From IMG/VR virus record IMGVR_UViG_3300030339_000003, positions 167,367 to 231,366 of that record: DNA of 64,000 nt; one strand, given 5' to 3'. Numbering within the stretch: position 1 is the stretch's first letter; each line of letters begins with the position of its first letter. Shown here one piece after another: positions 8,336 through 20,300 of this stretch. The notes below the pieces were generated by a model, which made no database searches, was not told the DNA's origin, and saw only the letters and a program-made list of their open reading frames with translations. Position numbers and translations under genes: made by a program.

Positions 8336-11300
8336 TTACTTCCCTCTATAAATGCTAATAAATTTATCTTTAACCGCATAACTAAATTCAGTAACAACGG
8401 CTTTGTTACGTAAACTTATTACCATACGTTTAAACATGGATTTGAAACTGAACTTTAATGGTACAGGACGACCGTCTTCGGTAAACATTTGTTTGTCAGT
8501 AATGTGACCTAACGTACCTTTCATCTGGTTACCAAATACATATTTATTTGAAATCGCCCCAGTGCCTGTAGTTTCGATAACGATATTGATGCGGACGCTG
8601 CCATATGGAATACTGGCTTTCTTAACGTTGATACCTGTACCGATACGTACGCTGTCAGGTCCTTTGCCCAGTAACTTACTTAAGCCACGTTGCTTCTTAT
8701 CATGTTCACGAACCAATGCCTTAATTGATTCAGACATATCTTCTTCCGCTGCATTATAAGCAACTTCGATTGCAATGACTTTACCATGATAATGAGACTT
8801 GATTTGTTTGATGCCGTACTTATTAGCTTCACTCAGGATATCGTCTTCCGTCATATATTCATCAATATAGGCTTCGGAGATTTCGCATAAAATCGAGTCG
8901 TACTCAACACTATCCCCAATTTTGCGTTTAAAGCGAACAGATTTGTCTGAATCAACAAGGAATTCATTGTCCTTAGGTAATGGTGTAATGAATTCCTCAG
9001 CCAGACCACGATAGAACTCCATGGAGTCTTCATAGACTGTCTGGTCTTCAATAAACAACGCGCGTGTCATACGACCCGTTTTAAGGGACACCTGGCCAGG
9101 GTTGTAAATATCAGGAGCAAACCATTCTTCATCGTACGCCAATACACGACCTACAGGGAATTTATCCCCAGCAGACAATGACGTAACTAATGTGTGACGA
9201 TAAAGATCACCGTCAGCTTTACCTAAACGCAAACCTAATTGACAACTATCGGTGGTACCGTCTTCATAAGTGACCGTAATACCATCTTTAGTTATCGCCG
9301 TAACCGTACCCGCTTTCTTAGCAACCTTAGAATAGATATCATCTAAACGGTGAGCTGCTGTAACATCACCACCTGTACGGATAATGTTGGGGGTATAGTT
9401 CTTTGCAGATATTGCATGACTTGACTGTATGGAAGAGAACGATGAACGTTTAGGGTCATCAAGCAAACCACCATAACGTAAACTACCGATAGAACTTAAA
9501 AGCTGAGCACCTTTACTTTGTTCTTTGGTGTCAATACCACCACGGAAGTCTTCGATGCGTGGGTCCGATGTTAAGAAAGCACTAAAGCCAACTTTACCGG
9601 AGTCTTTGTTAGCCTCAGATATTACGCCTTTGTAAGACTTAAGTTGTCCACGTGTGCGTTTCAACATCGTTTGTTCGTCACGACCTTTGAACCCACCAAA
9701 GGTTACATCTTCCTGACTTTTCAAAGCATGGAACGGAGACATTTCTTTGACATCACCTTTGGACGAGTCCGTAATGATATTAGTAATGACCGCCTCAGGG
9801 TTTAAATCAAATGTCTGATTACCCGTCTTAGGCTTGCTTTGGAATTGCCTATTAGACTTACACAGCTCAGAATAGATGTGACTAACAAAACGCTCGTAAC
9901 CGATAACTAATTGTTCTTCAATTTCTACTTCATGGCGAGTATGGTCATTAACCAACATCTTAACCGCATCAATCAAAAGGTAATGGAACGTTGTACTGTA
10001 ACCCATCCCCTTTAAACGTTCTTTGGTGATTGGGTCAATAAACAGATCGAACATGTTTTTCATTTCGTTGAAATGATTAGGCCGCACTTTAGGGTCACCC
10101 ATTAAAGGAACCCAAATGCCACGCTTGTTCAAATCTGCACGACTGAAGTTAATCATGTTGTTTAACTTAGTCATCCCACCAAAGACTAATGCTGTCAAAC
10201 GATCGCGTTTGTTAAAGATTAAACGCTCGTCATTAAAGTCTAACGAATACTCGTCTTTATCCAGTTTATAACGTTGACCAGAAGGAATAGTGCGATAGCG
10301 TGCTTTCAGAACTTTTAACAGTTCATCAATACCGAAGTAATAACACAACACAACACCAGCAGGGAAACGATAACCGCCAATATTAATTACAGAATACTCG
10401 ACTGGCATCTTAGCCATATCGATACCTAACAGGTCTTCAAAAGCACCTAAGGTTTCTGTACCCACACTGATGTTACCGTATTCATCAACACACATGGCTT
10501 TGCCACGATATGTCCCCACAACCCAGTTATCCGGCTTATTCAAGTTCTTCCATTCAGGATGTTGCTCGATTAAACCGTGGGTATCGAAATCAAAATCTAA
10601 TGTGCTTTCTTTATAAGGAACCACAATGGTTTTAAATTTGCGACTTAACATGGTGACGTAACGAGGACTGACGACAGAACGATCGACCAAGTTACCGATA
10701 GAGATAAACAATTTCTTTTGACGTGCTAACAACTGAATACGTTTAATCAATTCATTACCGTAATTATCAGCAACAAATTCACTACGTGTAATGTTAACTT
10801 TCTTATCGTAATAAGAAGTCAATACCACACGGTCTTCAGCGATCTTACGAATGGGCTTTTCGATACGTTGGAATTGGAAATAAGATTTCACACCATCGAC
10901 CAAAAACATCCCATTGTCGTCAACTGTAGGGAAACGGAATACACGCACAGCGGCTTTACCATTAACCGGCATCAGCTGGACTTTAATAACTTGGTAAGAG
11001 CCTTCGATATCTTCTACTTGGTCAATTTGGTAATCGGCCAAAATAATGCCTGTATTCTGAATGTTCAGAACAGCAGCAGCGATATCTTTATGCATGAACT
11101 TTTTAGGGTAATCGTTACGTAACGAAACAACACGTTGACGTAATAAGGTTTCATCCAATATGGTAGTAAAATCACCACGAATGTCACCACCAATGTCTTT
11201 CAGTTCTTCCGGAGTAATCTTAATGAAGTCTTCCAACGATTGACCATTAGGCATTCCGATGGTTTTATAAGACTCTGCTTTCTTTTCGTAATACTGTTGT

Positions 11301-12688
11301 TGTTTAACAGTAAGTGAACCTTCTTTAGCCAGTTCACGCAAAGCAAGCTTAATACCGGATTCAGGAGTATCAAAGATATCACGTTGAGTTGCAATAGCTT
11401 CGCTCACTAACATAGGTTCTAACAACGCATCATCAATTGGACTTAACCAGTTTAATGCGTCTTCATCACCTAAGGTATCTGCTGTTCCTTCTCCTTCTCC
11501 AGTTTTTGGAATAACAGGGTTTCCTGTTCCCTCAGTTCCATTGCTTGTCGGAACAGATGTGCTTCCTTTACTGCTACTGGTTCCGGTGTCAGTCCGAGGA
11601 ACCTCTTTAGGCTTGCTGAAAAGATCAGTAATAGAACGAGGACTAGTATCGTCCTCCCCATTGACATCTTCGCCAGCTTCGACTTCGTCAGATGGTATTT
11701 GTACTTGTCCTTCTCCTCCAGCTGAGTCTTCAGTCTTTTCCGTTCCTCCAGCCAGTCCTCTATTATCTTGTTCTTGGTCATCGGTAATTTCCGGGGTATT
11801 GACATGTTGCGTGTTATTAACAAAGTTAATCAATAACAAATAGAAACGTTTAACCGCAACAGTAATTTTGGCTTCAGTGTCTTGTAGTGGTTTATACCAC
11901 GACATCAACATACCTAAGTTAATGATTATTGTACGACTACCTGTTACAAACATAAGGTGAACTTTATCTAAGACGTTAGGATCCAGTTTACCAAACAATG
12001 ATTGTTCAGTGTTACCAGATAAATACATCCACAAGTCCATCAGCCAATAACAGTTCTCAGCTTTAGTAGCGTGCAAGAAACTATTATCAGGAACAGGTAA
12101 TCCTTCAACAAAGCTCTTTTCATAACGCACAATGTCAGCTGTTAATAATTTCCAGCCTGGCATGTTCAATGGTAAATCAATACGAATAAATTGATTACGC
12201 ATTGGGTGGTTGTGCCCGGTTTCATTAACGCAGCTAAACAACATGTTCCAGTCGTTATAAGCTTTAAAGAAGTTAATGTATTTATTCGGACTGTATTTCC
12301 ACCCACGTTGTGCCAAGGCATGGTTTTGTACAACTAACCGCGAATCTTTATTATAAACAGCAGAAAGATCACGCATCCATTTATAGTTGTAATGTTTGTT
12401 ACGATAGAACTTAATTACCGGCGTACTGTTAAAAGTAACAGGATGACCTTTACCCAAAATGGGAGTGAACCCGAATTGGAAGTCAATATACGTTTCACCT
12501 GGGTAATTACTGATAAAGGTTTCTTTAACGCCAGGACCTTCGTCTTGTTCATGCTTAGGCATATAGTGAATCAAACTACCACGCGGTAAAATGATATCAC
12601 TAACAGGATGATTGCGTGGAGCCATAATGTCTTGCTTTTTACGTAAGACGTAGGCTTTGAAGAATTCAGCGTAAGTATAAAGTCTCAT
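8336..12688 (-). CDS. Virion RNA polymerase beta subunit (N/middle part), phiKZ gp178-like
   Basis: 1450 aa; GISEANKDSGKVG, SSIQSSH, EDSMEF, GNQMKGT RpoB-like motifs. Confidence 0.92.
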   Translation of the reverse strand: MRLYTYAEFFKAYVLRKKQDIMAPRNHPVSDIILPRGSLIHYMPKHEQDEGPGVKETFISNYPGETYIDFQFGFTPILGKGHPVTFNSTPVIKFYRNKHYNYKWMRDLSAVYNKDSRLVVQNHALAQRGWKYSPNKYINFFKAYNDWNMLFSCVNETGHNHPMRNQFIRIDLPLNMPGWKLLTADIVRYEKSFVEGLPVPDNSFLHATKAENCYWLMDLWMYLSGNTEQSLFGKLDPNVLDKVHLMFVTGSRTIIINLGMLMSWYKPLQDTEAKITVAVKRFYLLLINFVNNTQHVNTPEITDDQEQDNRGLAGGTEKTEDSAGGEGQVQIPSDEVEAGEDVNGEDDTSPRSITDLFSKPKEVPRTDTGTSSSKGSTSVPTSNGTEGTGNPVIPKTGEGEGTADTLGDEDALNWLSPIDDALLEPMLVSEAIATQRDIFDTPESGIKLALRELAKEGSLTVKQQQYYEKKAESYKTIGMPNGQSLEDFIKITPEELKDIGGDIRGDFTTILDETLLRQRVVSLRNDYPKKFMHKDIAAAVLNIQNTGIILADYQIDQVEDIEGSYQVIKVQLMPVNGKAAVRVFRFPTVDDNGMFLVDGVKSYFQFQRIEKPIRKIAEDRVVLTSYYDKKVNITRSEFVADNYGNELIKRIQLLARQKKLFISIGNLVDRSVVSPRYVTMLSRKFKTIVVPYKESTLDFDFDTHGLIEQHPEWKNLNKPDNWVVGTYRGKAMCVDEYGNISVGTETLGAFEDLLGIDMAKMPVEYSVINIGGYRFPAGVVLCYYFGIDELLKVLKARYRTIPSGQRYKLDKDEYSLDFNDERLIFNKRDRLTALVFGGMTKLNNMINFSRADLNKRGIWVPLMGDPKVRPNHFNEMKNMFDLFIDPITKERLKGMGYSTTFHYLLIDAVKMLVNDHTRHEVEIEEQLVIGYERFVSHIYSELCKSNRQFQSKPKTGNQTFDLNPEAVITNIITDSSKGDVKEMSPFHALKSQEDVTFGGFKGRDEQTMLKRTRGQLKSYKGVISEANKDSGKVGFSAFLTSDPRIEDFRGGIDTKEQSKGAQLLSSIGSLRYGGLLDDPKRSSFSSIQSSHAISAKNYTPNIIRTGGDVTAAHRLDDIYSKVAKKAGTVTAITKDGITVTYEDGTTDSCQLGLRLGKADGDLYRHTLVTSLSAGDKFPVGRVLAYDEEWFAPDIYNPGQVSLKTGRMTRALFIEDQTVYEDSMEFYRGLAEEFITPLPKDNEFLVDSDKSVRFKRKIGDSVEYDSILCEISEAYIDEYMTEDDILSEANKYGIKQIKSHYHGKVIAIEVAYNAAEEDMSESIKALVREHDKKQRGLSKLLGKGPDSVRIGTGINVKKASIPYGSVRINIVIETTGTGAISNKYVFGNQMKGTLGHITDKQMFTEDGRPVPLKFSFKSMFKRMVISLRNKAVVTEFSYAVKDKFISIYRGK

Positions 12689-14301
12689 TTATTTAACCCA
12701 CTGGTCGCCGCTTTCAATAAGAACGAAACTGGTTCACTGAAAGGATCATATAAGAAATCGCCTGAACCACTGATGTAGTATTCACGTTTGTTGAAAAGTT
12801 CTCTGATTTCATCTTTAGAGTCTTCACTACAAATAGAGTTAGTTGTTAACTGGTCACCATCATGGTCGGCATCGAGCGGAGCTGTACGGGTCGGGTCTAC
12901 ACTCAGTGAATCGAAGTAATCTGGCTTATCTGTTTTGTGCGGGTAATGTAACAGTGTGTCAGTGGGTTCCCAATACTCGTTTAATACAACGCGCTGCTTA
13001 GCATTTAACATTGTTTTTAAGTTTACCATCGACGGGTAAATAGAACCAATCCCGATGATAGGGTAACGCGTTTGTTGGATAAAGGATTCCATGATAGGAC
13101 GCGCACAATAAATATAAAACATTTCAATGTATGTCAAAGGTGTAACGTATTTACGGTCACGTCCTTCTGGCAAGTCGTTAATATCAAACAATACACTGAC
13201 TTCTTTACCGTCATCATAAACTAAACCTAAGTAACAACCATTTACGGTAATTACGCGGTTACGCACACTGGGTTCTTTAAACCCGTTAAACATTTTAATC
13301 AAGCCTTCGGTGGTTGTCCATTTGTCCAACACACTTGGATTCAATTCTTCATAGGTATAGCTTAACGTTTTAGGGTCAATCAATTTCACGTTTGCAGAAC
13401 CCATGGTGAAAACTTGTTCAATAAAGTTTTTCATTAAAGCATGGATACACACATACTGGAAATTCATTAATCCTTGGTACAACCCGATATCTGAAGAATT
13501 TGGGTTTACGCCATCATCATCATCTAAACGTTGACGACTGACTTTACGTGCTGTGATGATATTACGAACACCACCAATAATACCACGCGTACCAATCTTA
13601 CGTTGAATGAAACCACCTTTACCATCTAACAGATCAAAGACATAATCGTCGATGGTGTTCATTGCAGATTGTAATCCCCAGCGAACATTGTCATATAAAG
13701 GGTTAGCTTCATCACCAGGCGAGATATTTTGTACTGCGCGGGTTTTAAACATTAACTTACGATACAGTTCATTGATCTCGGGTTCAGTCACTTTACCAGA
13801 AGGTGAGAACTCGATGTCGCGTAAGCCAGCTGGCGGAACGATGATGCGATGATGTAGGGCAATGTCCTTATAATCGTTTACAACCTGTATACGCTGTTTA
13901 CGACGCGAGGATTGATTAAGTTTAGGATCGATCACACCGAAGTATTGCATAAAGAATGAAAAACCGGTTTGACCATCCAAAACGTTGGATTTTATGAAAT
14001 CCTTTTCGACAGGATCCCACACAGCATATACTGCGCCTTTAATAATTCCGGCGTATAGTGCTTTTAGTTTGATCAAGGAATCAAAGTAAGTGGGGTTAAA
14101 GATAGGAAGGTAAGTGCGAATAAACGCTTCCGTAGTATCACGCGTATCAGTGCCGACGCGACCAAAGATTTCAACAGAAAACAATCCATCTGGATTAAAG
14201 TTTTGGGTCATGCCCTCAAAACTGTCTGTAGAAGAAACCTCTTTATACAGTCCTGGTACAACAGTATTGGGATCCAATAAAGAAATTTTAGTGGGTTTCA
14301 T
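12685..14301 (-). CDS. Virion RNA polymerase beta' subunit with catalytic motif, phiKZ gp180-like
   Basis: GLFSVEIFG, VPPAGLRD, RYP, catalytic LDADHDGD (NADFDGD variant). Confidence 0.93.
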   Translation of the reverse strand: MKPTKISLLDPNTVVPGLYKEVSSTDSFEGMTQNFNPDGLFSVEIFGRVGTDTRDTTEAFIRTYLPIFNPTYFDSLIKLKALYAGIIKGAVYAVWDPVEKDFIKSNVLDGQTGFSFFMQYFGVIDPKLNQSSRRKQRIQVVNDYKDIALHHRIIVPPAGLRDIEFSPSGKVTEPEINELYRKLMFKTRAVQNISPGDEANPLYDNVRWGLQSAMNTIDDYVFDLLDGKGGFIQRKIGTRGIIGGVRNIITARKVSRQRLDDDDGVNPNSSDIGLYQGLMNFQYVCIHALMKNFIEQVFTMGSANVKLIDPKTLSYTYEELNPSVLDKWTTTEGLIKMFNGFKEPSVRNRVITVNGCYLGLVYDDGKEVSVLFDINDLPEGRDRKYVTPLTYIEMFYIYCARPIMESFIQQTRYPIIGIGSIYPSMVNLKTMLNAKQRVVLNEYWEPTDTLLHYPHKTDKPDYFDSLSVDPTRTAPLDADHDGDQLTTNSICSEDSKDEIRELFNKREYYISGSGDFLYDPFSEPVSFLLKAATSGLNK

Positions 14302-14326
14302 TTGATATTCCTGAAAGAGGGTTCAC

Positions 14327-17300
14327 ATGAGTGACAATTGGAATGACGATCCTTTTAATGGCGATATCGATTTTGATTCTGATTTTGATTCCGACAAGAA
14401 AGGATCGAAGTTAAAATCATTCGCTATAGGATTTCTAGGAGGTGCAAAAGACGCCCTCGTAGGATCAACCGACGCCAAGATTAAAACAGTTAAAATGGCC
14501 CTTCCGGCATCGTTCCACGGGACATTTGAATTCATTAACGATACACGTCGTTTAGTCAGTCAAGTCACTGACGAATTCAAAAAGAACACCGCTGGTTCAA
14601 TGCAAGATATCCAGCAGATTATGGAAGGCCGCAAAGGACGCATTAATGATTCGACTGGTGGTGTCATTTCTAGCCAGTTGGATAAGTTCAGCCAATACGA
14701 CTTTAGTACTTGGAATACAGGAGGGACAACCACTTCTGAATCCACAGGTCAGCAAGACACGACTGATGAAGAAGTTAATGAGCTAATTGGTGTAACAAAA
14801 CAAACATCATTACTTACACTCGGCGGATTAAAACAATTAGGCGGTGATCTCACTAACGCCATTGTATCAGCTGGCGCAGCACAATCATCTGCATTAACCG
14901 GTATTAACGTTGGATTAGTCAAGTCTAACGCTTATTTGAAAAACTTAGTCGACTATCAAATTAAAGTTCAAGCTAAGAACGATGCGATGAAAATTAATTT
15001 GTTAGCTCGCATGCATTTAACTAATGCTAAGTTCTACAAATTCGTTGAAGCTTCCAACCACATGATGATGAAAGAATTCAGAGACATCGCTAAGTTTAGC
15101 AAAATGCCTGACTTCCAGAAAATGTCAATGACTGATGAAGTCAAGAAACGTATTCGTGGTACGTTCTTTGACACCGTCCGTGGCGGCATGGGTGGTATCG
15201 GTGGACTGGTTAATGACCGTGTAGGTAAATACGCACGTGACAACGGTTATAACGCGTTAAGTAACATAACCTCATCTCTTGCTATGGCTAAGGATATGAC
15301 CGGCGGTATGTCGTCTCAGGACCTCATGCAGATGTTCGGTGGCATGGTAGGTGGTGGCGCTATTGATATGCTTCCACGTATGATGAACGGACCTATGGCT
15401 GCTAAGTTGAAACAACGCTTTAGTAAAGCCAATCCGGCCATGGCCAGACGCATGGGTAAGAACTGGGGCAAATTGACAACTCGTGGCAATCAGCTCAGCT
15501 ATGGTTTACAAAACATGGAAGGGATGTTTAATACGCTGTCACAAAACTACCAGGGCGGTCACTTCTTTGATGAGGACGAAGGAACTTACGAGGACTATGT
15601 TGCAGCTTTACCTCCAGACCAAACACCAATGTCTAAACGCAAATGGTCTATGTCTAAGTGGGGCAAATCTGCGGCTAATAAAGGGTTAGGTGCTATTTTA
15701 GATCAAACTTACGGTTCTGGTAAAACCAAATACGAACTCAAGAAACGTACACTGTCTGATAACCCGGAACAACACATCTGGACTCGTCAGTCCGATCGTA
15801 CGTTAAATGAAATCATTCCTGCATTGATTACCCAAACAAACTTGTCTTTAGAGATGATGCGTACGGGTAATAACAATTTAAAACCAATGCGTTATGATTG
15901 GACTAAAGGCCAGTTTATTAACCCTAATCAGGCTAAGGCTTTAGTTACTCGCGACATCTATGGTGAGAACGCTTTAGGCTCTGCAGTTTATAGTGCGAAG
16001 TCTGCGGCAGGCACCATCGATAAAGAAAACCAATTATCTAAAAGTGCGAAAGATACTTTAGCGTTACAACTTGCTAAGAACTCGCATGCTAAATTAGATT
16101 TCTCTCCTTACCATTTATTGAACTTAGAAAAAGACGGTATTGATCCAAAGATCGCTAAAGAAATCCGTGAGATGACTTTAAAGAACTTTGGTATTACGAC
16201 CGATAATCTTAATCAGTTCACAAATGGCACTGACCGTGACCGTGCTAAGTTATTAGCCTTCATGCCAGGCAAAGGTGCCGCATTAGCAAACGAAGCGTTA
16301 CCGATGGTTAAGGACATCCGTCGTGGACTTTCTGATTCTAGCGCGATGATCGACCAATACCGTAATTCTGGTCATTATGACACATTACGCGAAGCAGGTA
16401 TTATTACTACTGATAAAAATGGTCGTGAAGAAATCGATGAACAGAAAATGTGGGATATGTTCAAGCTTCAACAGAACGATCCTAACTTTAATAAAAAGCT
16501 TACACAGCAGTACGCCAAGAAAGGTCGTAAACCAGGTGCGACTGTTAACCGTCCAGGAGTATTAGGCGGAGACGCTGGTGAAGCCCCAGACTTTGGTGAA
16601 TTGACCGAAACAGTAAGTCAACTGAATACCAACATCAAAGGGTTAGGCGCAGGCGGTTTAGGCGGTTCTGCTAACAGTGACACCGGAGCTTATTTTAATA
16701 AGTTATCTGGGCAAATGGACACACTGATTGGGATCCAAACTAGCCACACTGAAATTTTCCAAAAGCTTTTAGAAAAACAACCAACTATTATCCGCTCTAA
16801 ACGTGCGAAAGCCGAAGAAGAGCAAGGTAAGAAAACACTGATGGATCGTATTAAAAGTATTTCACCACGAAATATCTTTAATAAAGGTGTTGAGACGTTG
16901 TTAAACAATGAACCACTTATTTTGGGTGGGTTAATTGGTGGTCTGGGTGCGTACGCTTTACATGACCCTAAGACTGCCGCATTGTTAGGCGCCGGTGCAT
17001 TAGCCATGGGTGCTTATTCTAAAGTCCGTTCACTAAACGCAGCTCGCTTTGCAGAACAAGAAGATCTGTATGAGAACCCGGGTGACGAAGAACCATTGTT
17101 ACGGGGTGAGCGTTTAAAACGCGGGGATTACTTTGACAGCGCTACACGTAAAGTATTAAAGACTTGGAGTGACGTAACTGGCGCCATCATTGATCGTACC
17201 GGCAATATCGTTGCTTCTGTTAAACAGTTAGGTGGTAAGCTGTTTGGTAAAGACGGTCGTGCAGTTATGTTGAAAGGGTTAAACAAACTTAAAGCTTTAG

Positions 17301-20300
17301 GCTTGAAAGTGTTTAATGCCTTTGACCCGATTGGTCGTACCAAGAAAGCCTTTAATAAACTGGCTACTCGCTTTAATCAAATGGATGTATATAAAGCGGG
17401 TGAAAAGACACCTATCTTGATCGGTAAGAAATTCGATACAGGTTTTTACTACAAGCATGATGCTGACGGTAAACCTGTGATGTTAAAAGGTTGGAACGAA
17501 ATTGATGGCCCTGTCTATACCAAAGACGGTGAATGTATTGTTACTCAAGATGATTTTGATCGTGGGTTGCGTACATCTATTGGGGTATCGATTAACCGCT
17601 TGGGTTCTATGTCTAAAACAGCCGGTATCTTTGGTATGGATCTCTTAGGGAAACTTAAAGATAAAACCATTGCTGGCGGTAAGAAAGCATACGACAAAGG
17701 TAAGGAATTCGTTAAAGCCGATTATACACCAATCGTAAGTTCTGTTGACCGTATCTATTACCTGTTGTGCTCTAAGTTTGGTATCGAGCCCGCAACATTA
17801 ACTAACGAAGAAAAACTCCAAGTTGTTAATGCAGCAGGTAGCGGTAAGAAACTCTTTGAACATCCGAAAGATCCTGCTGAACGTTTGAATTCATTGGAAG
17901 ATGAAAAACGTCAGAAAGCCGCTAAGAAGGAAGAAAAGGTTAAGGACTCTATCATTAATATCGCTGATTCATTAGGTGGTATGAATAAGGGTGAGAAAAA
18001 GAAAGAGAAGAAAACAGGATTCCTTGGCTTGCTCATGGGCGGACTTGGAATGATTAAAGGCTTAGCTGAAAAGATCTTTGGTAAAACAATCATTAATGGT
18101 TTCACCACGCTCTTTAAGTTTGCCGGCATGGGTCTGTCTGTGTTACCAAAAATCGGTGGCGGCATCATGTCCATCGCTAAGTTCTTTACGGGTGGTAAGG
18201 AAGAAGCTAACCCGCTCGAAGAACTGTTAGGCGGTTTAGGCGGCGGAGATGACGAAGAAGAAGAAGGTAATGGACGCCGTCGTAATCGTCGTGACCGTAA
18301 CCGTGGCGGTGAAGAAGGAGATGAGGACACCCGCACTGGTCGTCGCAGGAATAGGCGCCGTAACAGACGTCGCAATGGTCGAGGTGGACGCGGAGGGAAT
18401 GGACCGACTCCAGGTAATCCGCCACCAGCACCAGATGAAATAAATGATCGTGCCAACCCAAATAGACGTAACCGTAACAGACGTCGTCGTCGTGGACCAG
18501 GCCCGGGGCCTACACCTCCTCCATCTCCACCACCATCAAGAGGTCGTCGTTTATTAAACCGCTTTAAGAAAGTCCCTAAAAAGATTGGTATTGGTGGTTT
18601 ATTAACGTCAGGTGCTTTAATGGCAGGCGGTGCATTGGCCGGTAACCTCATGGACAGTGAAACGCTGGAAACTGCAGGTAACGTGGCTGGTCTGTATTCG
18701 TTAGCTTCTACAGTAGCGGGTGCGGCTGGCATTGATATCGGTATCGGTGCGTTGGCCTCAGGCGCAATGACGGGTCTTGGTATGGCCGGTTCTGGCTTAG
18801 CAGCCGCAGGTACCGCAATAGCGGGTATTATCTCGGCTCCAGTATTAATTGGTGCTGCGGTAATAGGTGGTTTAGGTTTAGCGGGTTATGGTTTGTACAA
18901 ATGGTACACCAAAGGAAAATACCGCCAAGTTGATATTCGTTTTGCACAATACGGTATTAAAGATGTAGATAGTGACTTAGGTAAGAAAATCTTTGCTATT
19001 GAAAGTATGCTTACCAAACACGTCATTGTTAATAATGGTGGTGCGTCATTTACAACCGATACACCTATCCAAGAAATCTTTAAAGCGTTGTCTGTAGACT
19101 CAGAAGGAAAACAGTCTGCAGAAATTGGTAACGTGTTCAGTTGGTTTAACGGACGTTTCAAACCCGTCTTCTTAACGTATATGTCTTGTTTAGACACCTT
19201 GAAAATTAAGTCACTTGAGGAATACGATAAGTTAACCGACAAGCGCGCGTATGATATCGCTTACCAAGCAACGCAGGCTATCGTGGGCATGCCTTCTCAG
19301 CCGTACACCATTACTCCAAACATTGATTCTAAAATTGAATTGATGGGTAAAGATGAAACGACTGCGGAAGTAGGTCAGTACTTGGAAGAACTGAAGAAAT
19401 ACACATTAAAAGACAAAGAAGGTGCTAAGGTCCGAGATGTGATGGTTCAAACCGAGTCGATGAGTAAGTTGGCCAGTGAAAAATCAATGCTCGAAGAAAA
19501 GCTTAAACATAAGTCTTTCTGGGGCGGCGGTGGCACAACATCTTACCTTGAATCCCAAGATGCTGAAAACCGTATTAAAGAAATCGATAAAGAAACCAAA
19601 GCTTTGTCTGACGCCTATGGTCCAGGTAAAGTAGCTGGTAACGTCGATGTTAAAGACCTTATTCCTGAAACCGGAATATTGGAAGCTTTCACTGCAGTAC
19701 GTATGAACGCCTATGGTACGTCTTTAACATCAGGGGCAGAATACGGCGCAGCAGTAAATGCGGGATGGAAGTTTGAAGCATTAGCACGATTAGAAAGACG
19801 TTGTGAATCCTTAATCCAAGTGATTGGTAAAGATGTTCGGTTTGTCGGTAAGACCGGTGAATTGTTCCAGGAATTCAAAGCAGCTTTCCGTGTTAAAGAC
19901 AGCAAAGCAAATGATTGGTGTTTGTGGTTCCGTGACCGTTTCTTACCGGTCCTGATGACTTACATGCGTCAGTACAATGCTTATGGCCATGGACGTCCTG
20001 GCGCTAACTGGAAGGCTTTGACAGCTACAGCTAAGTACCAGATCGCACTAGCCATTGTTGACTCACGTTCGCAAACTGATAAGAAACAATTTATTCCAGT
20101 TTGGAACGTAGCAGTCAGTCCGTTTGAAGGTGGTTACTCTATACCTAAGACGGGCGAAGTCGACAAGCTAATGAACTCCATGGAGGAATTGTCTAATCAG
20201 GCAAAACTCCGTAACCCTGTATTGGAAGCAAGCAAAACCAGCTCATTGCAAGGCGTTAATGCAAACACTGCTCACGCAGTTGGTGGTGGTGTTACTGACA

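Noticed and set aside
8336-14301. Introns or inteins in RNAP genes
   Set aside because: ORFs are continuous and of the size expected for homologs
14302-14326. Only 25 bp between divergent vRNAP beta' and tape measure genes
   Set aside because: This divergent arrangement is the usual phiKZ-like layout
17911-18732. 273-aa antisense ORF and other short ORFs within the tape measure gene
   Set aside because: Shadow frames of the low-complexity Arg/Gly/Pro region; no RBS or independent signal
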